Below are positions 57,855 to 64,000 of a stretch of DNA of 64,000 nucleotides, one piece after another. Below the pieces are notes generated by a model that saw only the letters and a list, made by a program, of their open reading frames with translations, did no database searches and was not told the DNA's origin. How positions within the stretch are numbered: the stretch's first letter is position 1; each line of letters begins with the position of its first letter. Source of the stretch: an uncultured Planctomycetia bacterium (GTDB lineage: Bacteria > Omnitrophota > Gorgyraeia > Gorgyraeales > Gorgyraeaceae); the NCBI GenBank assembly GCA_964652265.1, contig CAZZAL010000004.1:590-64589 (forward strand). Direction: 5' to 3'. Both the position numbers and the translations under genes were made by a program.

Positions 57855-60800
57855 CTAGCGGTTGAATACGGCCCAAATCTTCTTTTCGCTGAGCACCTTG
57901 CCTTTTCCCAGCGTCTGCGCGGTTGCGATAATCCTGTATATATCAGAATGAATCGTTACTAGGTTCGATATCTGCTTAAACCTTATCTTTTTATCAGAAT
58001 CGTCCGAACCCAGTGCATTACCTGAAATCAGATCTCCTATACCAAGCCGCAAACCATTTTTATTTCCAAAGACCCTGTTCCCTACGATGCTATCCGCAAT
58101 CTGGTTATCCATGCCAGGCATGACGCCAAGGACCTTGCTTGAGGCCGTATTGACATTTATCCTACCATCGATATAGTTCGCAGGATCCAGCCTTATGTAA
58201 TCAAAATGAGCACCGCCTGTCTTTGAGGCATTCTTTATTTTTAATTCCAGGATACCGGACGGCGTGGATATATCGCTTCCAGTTCCTACCTCTATATTTC
58301 CAAATAAAATACTCCCGTTTGGCCCTGGAGTAAGAGGAGGCGTAAAAGGTGTCCATACATCATCTACCAGTCGCAACGATACCGCAATCTCTTCTTCCTC
58401 TTCTCCAAATATCCGCAATGTATAATATCCGTCCATTAGTCCATCTTTTTGTTCCCAGCGCCACGTACCGACTGAATCCACGTTACCACTCTCAAAGTGA
58501 TCTGTCAAAGGCGCTGCACGCTGAAGGATCTTCCATCCGCCCGCAGCCCCAGGGACAACGTGCCATTCTGCCTCTAACCTGATTCCTGATACTGTCAATC
58601 TATCAGCTATTTTGGAAACATCCTCTAGCGGCATGTCCTCCCATTCGTCAAAACCTAGCGGCACAAACGCTATCTCTCCTACTGAAGAAAAATTTTTGTT
58701 TTTTACAATGACCTCTGTCACATCATGCTCTATTATCTCCTCGCCTATCTCCTCTGTCATCCCCTCATTATCGTTCGGAAGGGATGGCGTAGCCCCCTCT
58801 TCTGCGAGTGAGGAATACCAATTATCTGCTATACCATTCGAATTCGAATCCGCCACATAACTCGGATCTGATTTTTCCAGGCTTTTGTTTTCAGAAAACG
58901 TCCCGCTGAAATATTCAGCCTGATCAACGATATGTCCCATGGGATCTTTTAATGTTATAATATTCCCTCCTGCCTCAGGCTCATCAGAAAGTAGATCTGA
59001 ATCAGGTGTAACTGCCCTTACAAAATGCAGCTCTGCCGCTTTTCTATCCTTGCCCCATATGGAAAAAAATGATATACCATTACCATCGATACCGTCCTGC
59101 GAGTCATTCTTGTCGACACAAAGCGAAAGATGCTCATACGATCCAATAACAGTCCCAAGAGGAATAGAGGCAGGCCAGCCTTGTTTACTCGGACCTTCAA
59201 CGCTCCAACCTCCAAGGTTTACGTCTCTAGGCGTAAGATTTACCAATTCTATGTATTCAGCATCCGGCTCCTGTCTTAACTCAATCGAACCAAAATATGT
59301 CGAACCAGAGGAACGATTATTCTGTATCCTCACTGTAATCTTTCCACCAGAAACACTAATTACCCTGCCACCCCCGAATAAATTCCCATCTAGCATGCCT
59401 CTTGAATGGGCTCCATTTATCTCTACATCACCTACATATTCGCCTGTCATACCGGCAAAAACCTTTACATAATAATCCCCGTCAGACACATCTTTCCACG
59501 TCCAACTCCCCTCGCCTGCCTTGCCGCTTTTTGGCTCATTATTTTGATAATAATTACCCTGCAGCTCCCAATCACCACCAGGTTCCTGACCGCTAAAAAT
59601 ACCCCTAGTTACAAGCGGCCTCACCATGATCTCGTTTATCCTTATACCCTCAACACCTCTTAGCTCTAAAGAGGAAAATCCTTCCTGTCCCAATCTTGGA
59701 TATAACTCTAAATGCGAAAAATAAGAGACTTCGTCAGAGCTATTTTTGATCTCCAGGTTTAATGCTCTATTTTCAAACTGCATTGCTCCTAACCTTAATA
59801 TCTCTCCATGTTTTACTGAACCCTGAACCATGTCATTAACTGTAACATCTCCCACTAACTCATCCTTTACACCAAACATACCTATATAATACTCGCCTTC
59901 AGGCAAATTGATCCATGTAAGCGCGAGCGCTGTGCCATCTTTAACGCTGCTTTCGTAATGTCCGCTTTTCCATACCCAATCTCCCAGCGGCCCCCTGTTA
60001 ATGACAGAAAGACGATTGTATAATTTTGTTACAACGCTCTGGCTGAAATCGTCATCGCAGGCATCTATTATATTAACAGCTTTTTGAAACGGTTCCCGTA
60101 CACCTGCATCTTCAAGAAGCACTGCCAGAGATACAGCATCCATAAAATTTATGTTTTTGCGCGGCCGACCTTCTACATCCAGATTTTTATCAACCGAATA
60201 TGATGTTATATAGGCATACATCTCTTTAAATACATCATCCTTTATTGATCTTATCTTCGCGATCTCGAACGGAGTCTCGAATACACTGTCGTCACCATAC
60301 ACCCTTTGAGCAGAAAACTCCATGGGTTCATCAATGCCCTCACCAGCCTCATCTATAATGCCGTCTGCATTATTGTCTATACCATCTGAATCCATGATCC
60401 TCTGATTATTATCATCATCAAAACCAGCTTCGCCTGGCTTACCATCAAAGCCATATCTATAATCCAGGATATCTTCGTATGCCTTCTGCGAATCATCTAA
60501 TTGAAAAGAGGCAAGGAATTCTTGGAGGTCAACTTCGTAAGGGGTCCATCCTTCTGTGATTTTTAAAGGAGAGGTATTATGCTTCGTGGCAACGTTTATA
60601 TTTAAAAGACTCGTCTCGTCCCGAACCAAAACCGCATAACGGCCGATTGCCTCATCCATCTCGTCATAGACATATATCCACTTTGAATCTCCCTCGCCAT
60701 CGCCATCATTATCCACATCTCCTCCGCTAAAGAGCGTATACCATTTATCTTCAAAGCTATCTATGTCACTATCGTCCTCTTTTAAAACTGCCTGGGCATA

Positions 60801-60971
60801 ACTAACCCCTGCTTCTGCAAGATAGGACGCGGCAGTCGCCTCTATAAAGTTAGCAGCAGCCTTTAGTTCCAGCCGCATGGTAAAGGCAAACGACACCGCC
60901 ATTATGCCTGCGACTGCCAAAACACTAACTACCAAGATCAAGGCAACGCCTTTATTGCTATTATTCTTCAT
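57855..60971 (-). CDS. giant GspK/PilX-like minor pseudopilin (1038 aa) with inserted Ca-binding-like, lamin-tail-like and repeated beta-sandwich modules
   Basis: The N-terminus KGVALILVVSVLAVAGIMAVSFAF...YLAEAGVSYAQAVL...VRDETSLLNINVA looks like a GspK N-domain. The C-terminus INVNTASSKVLGVMPGMDNQIADSIVGNR looks like the GspK helix-hairpin-helix. The middle carries DSDGIDNNADGIIDEAGEGIDEP and IRINEI...EYIELVNLTPRDVNLGGWSV (LTD-like). Confidence 0.7.
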   Translation of the reverse strand: MKNNSNKGVALILVVSVLAVAGIMAVSFAFTMRLELKAAANFIEATAASYLAEAGVSYAQAVLKEDDSDIDSFEDKWYTLFSGGDVDNDGDGEGDSKWIYVYDEMDEAIGRYAVLVRDETSLLNINVATKHNTSPLKITEGWTPYEVDLQEFLASFQLDDSQKAYEDILDYRYGFDGKPGEAGFDDDNNQRIMDSDGIDNNADGIIDEAGEGIDEPMEFSAQRVYGDDSVFETPFEIAKIRSIKDDVFKEMYAYITSYSVDKNLDVEGRPRKNINFMDAVSLAVLLEDAGVREPFQKAVNIIDACDDDFSQSVVTKLYNRLSVINRGPLGDWVWKSGHYESSVKDGTALALTWINLPEGEYYIGMFGVKDELVGDVTVNDMVQGSVKHGEILRLGAMQFENRALNLEIKNSSDEVSYFSHLELYPRLGQEGFSSLELRGVEGIRINEIMVRPLVTRGIFSGQEPGGDWELQGNYYQNNEPKSGKAGEGSWTWKDVSDGDYYVKVFAGMTGEYVGDVEINGAHSRGMLDGNLFGGGRVISVSGGKITVRIQNNRSSGSTYFGSIELRQEPDAEYIELVNLTPRDVNLGGWSVEGPSKQGWPASIPLGTVIGSYEHLSLCVDKNDSQDGIDGNGISFFSIWGKDRKAAELHFVRAVTPDSDLLSDEPEAGGNIITLKDPMGHIVDQAEYFSGTFSENKSLEKSDPSYVADSNSNGIADNWYSSLAEEGATPSLPNDNEGMTEEIGEEIIEHDVTEVIVKNKNFSSVGEIAFVPLGFDEWEDMPLEDVSKIADRLTVSGIRLEAEWHVVPGAAGGWKILQRAAPLTDHFESGNVDSVGTWRWEQKDGLMDGYYTLRIFGEEEEEIAVSLRLVDDVWTPFTPPLTPGPNGSILFGNIEVGTGSDISTPSGILELKIKNASKTGGAHFDYIRLDPANYIDGRINVNTASSKVLGVMPGMDNQIADSIVGNRVFGNKNGLRLGIGDLISGNALGSDDSDKKIRFKQISNLVTIHSDIYRIIATAQTLGKGKVLSEKKIWAVFNR

Positions 60972-61023
60972 TATCTCTCATTTTATATAAAGCTGGTGAG
61001 TGATTGCAAGTAAATTTTAAAAT

Positions 61024-61059
61024 AAAAAGCCCTGTCCGCTTCAAGCGGACAGGGCCAAA
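61024..61059 (-). terminator. rho-independent terminator (GCCCTGTCCGC-ttcaa-GCGGACAGGGC with flanking A/T runs)
   Basis: An 11-bp GC-rich perfect stem lies 30 nt downstream of the stop at 61085. The minus strand is followed by TTTTTATTTT. Confidence 0.8.
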
Positions 61060-61084
61060 AACTAACACAAATCTTTACCGTGTC

Positions 61085-61765
61085 TTATTTTCCCTTTAGC
61101 TTGCCAATGAAATCATCCATCAGCTTACCAGCAGCATCCTTTGACCCAAGACCAAACGCTATAGCCAGAGCCAAACCCATAGAGGCAAGGATAATATTAA
61201 TAGCAAGATTCAAAACGGACGATGCGATATTCAGCTGCTCAAGAGTTATTATGGCTGCGAAGATCATAATGACAACCTGCGTAAGTTGTCCTAAAAATTT
61301 TGCCTGTGTAATACCAGCATTACTAGAGGCAGTACGAACTACCGTGCCTAGCATACTGGAGAAAAATATACCCAGGGCCAGGATAAACACAGCCGCTATT
61401 ACATTAGGTATGTAAAGAATCACCTTATCTAATAACGAAGCTGCAACCGTCATCCCGAGCGCATTTAAGGCAGTCATAAATACCAATAACATTACAAGCC
61501 AATAAATAAGTACGCCTATGAGTTCAGAAAGCGTCTGCCTTATACCGCCACGCCTTAAGACATCCCCGAGACCTGATTTTTCACTCGCAGTATCCAGCTG
61601 GATCAACTTCAAAACCTTCACTACGAGGTTTTTCAAGAGTCCTGCTATGATCCAACCAGCTATCAGTATTACGAGAACACCTAAAAGGATAGGCAAAAAC
61701 CCAGCCACCCTTGCCAGCATCGCTGTTACTGGCTCCATTACAACATTACTCCAATCCATATACAC
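61085..61765 (-). CDS. membrane protein with conserved TM-helix repeats (mechanosensitive-channel-related family)
   Basis: 226 aa with four or more TM helices. Repeated ...LLDKVILYIPNVIAAVFILALG... segments resemble the TM_helix repeat family. Confidence 0.5.
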   Translation of the reverse strand: MYMDWSNVVMEPVTAMLARVAGFLPILLGVLVILIAGWIIAGLLKNLVVKVLKLIQLDTASEKSGLGDVLRRGGIRQTLSELIGVLIYWLVMLLVFMTALNALGMTVAASLLDKVILYIPNVIAAVFILALGIFFSSMLGTVVRTASSNAGITQAKFLGQLTQVVIMIFAAIITLEQLNIASSVLNLAINIILASMGLALAIAFGLGSKDAAGKLMDDFIGKLKGK

Positions 61766-61788
61766 CCCCCTTTCTTCTAAGCAAAAAA

Positions 61789-61817
61789 GTATACCCTACG
61801 ACTATCAAATCGTCAAG
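61789..61817 (-). promoter_or_regulatory. sigma70-like promoter
   Basis: Minus strand reads TTGACG-17 nt-TATACT. A GAAAGGGGGG Shine-Dalgarno precedes the ATG at 61765. Confidence 0.45.
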
Positions 61818-61874
61818 GGCAGAAAGAAACATACCTTATCCATCTAAATCTTTCATTATTAAAAATGGGGGGTA

Positions 61875-62630
61875 TTATTTCTTGGCTTTTCCCTGGTTGG
61901 TAACTGCTGCCATTGCCTTTTTGATCTTCTCAGGGTCTCCGAGATAGTAATGTTTTACTGGAGTGAAGTCTCCTTTAAGTTCATACACGAGAGGTATGCC
62001 TGTGGGGATATTTAAGCTTACTATTTCTTCATCTGATACCTTATCAAGATATTTAACCAATGCCCTTAGGCTATTTCCATGAGCAGCTATGAGGACCTTT
62101 TTCCCGGATTTTATAACAGGTATGATAGTCTTCTCCCAATACGGCACAAAGCGCGCTACTGTATCCTTCAGGCACTCTGTCAGCGGTATATCCGCCTCAT
62201 CCACATCCTTATATAGTGGGTCATTGCCTGGATAACGCGGATCGGTTTTCTTTAATGCCTCTGGAGGGATGTCATAACTTCTGCGCCAGATAAGAACTTG
62301 TTCTTCTCCGAATTTCTTAGCCATTTCTGCCTTATTCAGTCCCTGCAATGCGCCATAATGCCTTTCATTCAACCTCCAGGAGCGCTCTACAGGTATCCCC
62401 ATAAGATCCATCTCTTTCAAGGCAATCCACAACGTCCTTATGGCTCTTTTCAAAACAGATGTAAATGCAATATCAAACGTATATCCTTCCTTCTTTAGCA
62501 CTCTTCCAGATTCCTTTGCCTCTTCTATGCCTTTCTCAGACAGATCCACATCTGTCCAGCCAGTAAACCTGTTTTCCTTATTCCAGATGCTTTCTCCGTG
62601 CCTCAATAAAACCAACTTTACGTTTTCCAT
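61875..62630 (-). CDS. gpmA: 2,3-bisphosphoglycerate-dependent phosphoglycerate mutase
   Basis: [20 protein letters not shown] and ...ERHYGALQG... motifs. Confidence 0.9.
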   Translation of the reverse strand: MENVKLVLLRHGESIWNKENRFTGWTDVDLSEKGIEEAKESGRVLKKEGYTFDIAFTSVLKRAIRTLWIALKEMDLMGIPVERSWRLNERHYGALQGLNKAEMAKKFGEEQVLIWRRSYDIPPEALKKTDPRYPGNDPLYKDVDEADIPLTECLKDTVARFVPYWEKTIIPVIKSGKKVLIAAHGNSLRALVKYLDKVSDEEIVSLNIPTGIPLVYELKGDFTPVKHYYLGDPEKIKKAMAAVTNQGKAKK

Positions 62631-62759
62631 AATCTATCTCCTTATCCGATGCTCAATATACACCACTTAAATAGAAAAATCAAAGGAAATATTTATTTCA
62701 AGGGGGTAGCTTCACGAATCTTTCATTGTAAGAAATATGAAGTTAAAAATAGGGAGGGA

Positions 62760-64000
62760 TTACAGATTTGTTCTGTCGGGCTTTTTAATCTGACCCAAGC
62801 TACTACGAGACTCTAGAAATGCCTTTAATTCCTGGACCCGCTCCTCTACTGGAAGAACAGATATCGCATAAAAATCAGCACTACGTTTTCTCAGCGCCCC
62901 ATTATCTTCTAAATACTTACGCAGGGCCTCTGACTTTTTCTCTAAAAAATTTACATAGACCATCGGGTTTCTTCCGGACTCCATTAGTCGCTTTAACAAG
63001 CGCTTATCGAGCTCGAGTTCAATCTTCCCTATCCCTGGATCCTGTCTTCTGTCAGACACCTGTATCCTTTCTATCCTTGATACTATATCTCCACCGCCTA
63101 TCTCAGCACGGATGATCTCGCGAAGCATCATGGCCTCCAACTCTTCATCTCCCAATAAATCTTTTCTCAATAATTCCCAGGGTATCAATATAAATACCCC
63201 TTCAAAATCTGACCTAAGACCCATTATAGTAGTTGATAACTTATCCACTTTTAAATAAGGCTTAAGGTTCTCTCGTAGATATTTATTCTTAATCATGCCC
63301 GATGTTTCCTTGATTTGTCTAAAAATTCTATAGCCTCTCTCTAATCGCTCTATATATTGTTTATGTATGTCGCTCTGTTTACCTACATCAGCATTTTCAG
63401 TATAAACTGTATCTAAAACTGTCTTTAAAGTTCTTGGCGGGCCATAAAAAAGATCCGGCTGGATTTTATCAGATTGCATCTTTTTTATTATTGCATCGAT
63501 TATTATCCCGAAGGAAGTATCTGCATCGGGATTTCGTTTAATATTTTCTGTGGCAAAAACAGCAAGGATTCTGTCTAAATATTCTGTTTCAACGCTAAAA
63601 TCAGATGGATATTGATTCAATAATCTATTTACTATATATACAGCGAGCGCTGTAGCCGCAAAATCAATTTCCGAAGTAGGCAACTCTAACGATTTGGCAG
63701 TCAGTTCTGCCAATCTCTCGCCTGTCTGGTCAGCCTGGTCTGGTTCTAAGTTGTCTATTATCTCATCAGCTGCTTCTATGCCATAAAACATACGTTCCAT
63801 CTCTTCAAATTTGTATAAGACTCCATCTAGAGGAAATGTTGCTGATAAATTGACCTCAGGTAAGGCTTCAGCCCAAGCCTTTTTTTCTGAGATTTCATTT
63901 TTCAGGGCCTCCATAATAACATCCCTGCTCTTTAGACCTGCAGAATAAAACTTTTCTAAGGTACGAGAAGCTTTATCCGCCAGATGAGCATTTAACTTCC
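62760..64000 (-). CDS. hypothetical protein, probably 5'-truncated by the window edge
   Basis: The ORF track starts at the ATG at 63914. The same frame stays open to position 63999 (...KLNAHLADKASRTLEKFYSAGLKSRDVIMEALKN...). No recognisable domains. Confidence 0.45.
   Translation of the reverse strand, partial: KLNAHLADKASRTLEKFYSAGLKSRDVIMEALKNEISEKKAWAEALPEVNLSATFPLDGVLYKFEEMERMFYGIEAADEIIDNLEPDQADQTGERLAELTAKSLELPTSEIDFAATALAVYIVNRLLNQYPSDFSVETEYLDRILAVFATENIKRNPDADTSFGIIIDAIIKKMQSDKIQPDLFYGPPRTLKTVLDTVYTENADVGKQSDIHKQYIERLERGYRIFRQIKETSGMIKNKYLRENLKPYLKVDKLSTTIMGLRSDFEGVFILIPWELLRKDLLGDEELEAMMLREIIRAEIGGGDIVSRIERIQVSDRRQDPGIGKIELELDKRLLKRLMESGRNPMVYVNFLEKKSEALRKYLEDNGALRKRSADFYAISVLPVEERVQELKAFLESRSSLGQIKKPDRTNL

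Noticed and set aside
58939-59472. 177-aa plus-strand ORF, and other plus-strand ORFs within 58.3-59.7 kb
   Set aside because: All are antisense to the 1038-aa GspK-like ORF, which has recognisable N- and C-terminal domains. They show no motifs of their own.
60969-61009. Apparent leaderless arrangement, with -10 hexamers ending within 12 nt of the start codon and no Shine-Dalgarno. It is seen here and also at 8738-8775, 47627-47663 and 16988-17031
   Set aside because: The pattern is suggestive, but it rests only on promoter-like hexamers in AT-rich DNA. Without transcription-start mapping it cannot be supported, so it is not reported as a finding.
1-64000. Scan of intergenic regions for CRISPR arrays, rRNA genes, or large prophage or transposon blocks
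   Set aside because: No intergenic region exceeds ~260 nt. No repeat-spacer periodicity and no rRNA-like sequence was seen. The only mobile-element-like features are the recombinase cassette and the AbiE pair described above.

Overview
This 64-kb chromosomal window is almost fully coding and comes from an AT-rich bacterium that looks anaerobic and diderm. Lineage cannot be assigned from sequence alone. The gene content (superoxide reductase, group-4 [NiFe] hydrogenase, short MetE, Kdo transferase, TolC, secretins) fits an uncultivated anaerobe.

Gene order, left to right:
- Housekeeping genes: waaA (partial), queD, murI.
- A small oxidative-stress patch: a rubredoxin-like/SOR fusion and a half-rubrerythrin.
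- An accessory patch beside smpB-ssrA. It holds an AbiEi/AbiEii toxin-antitoxin pair and a large serine recombinase bracketed by 29-nt inverted repeats; that ORF runs antisense 48 nt into the tmRNA 3' end. A DUF4143 ATPase and tRNA-Leu(CAG) follow.
- pfkA, then a PilZ/thermonuclease cluster.
- A GspI-J-K-like minor-pseudopilin operon.
- MarR-TolC-RND efflux genes with no adaptor gene.
- A ~12-kb, 17-gene operon for an Mrp-linked membrane-bound [NiFe] hydrogenase. It is preceded by HydB/HydG-like NAD(P)H-type electron-input genes and ends with hycI.
- hypA, hypE, hypD, hypC and a Kae1-domain-only hypF, interleaved with sulfur/methionine genes.
- A bioB-(BioU-like)-bioF-bioD operon without bioA.
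- A type IV pilus/T2SS-like block: HTH, pilMN fusion, pilO-like, pilP-like, two tandem paralogous secretins and a translationally coupled LacI regulator. Upstream of it lie a 1038-aa GspK-like pseudopilin and a 600-aa adhesin-like protein.
- gpmA and flanking hypotheticals.

No CRISPR array, rRNA or obvious prophage was seen. The items most worth follow-up are the hix-like recombinase cassette at ssrA, the NAD(P)H-module/Mrp hydrogenase operon, and the pilus block with tandem secretins and a giant tip pseudopilin.
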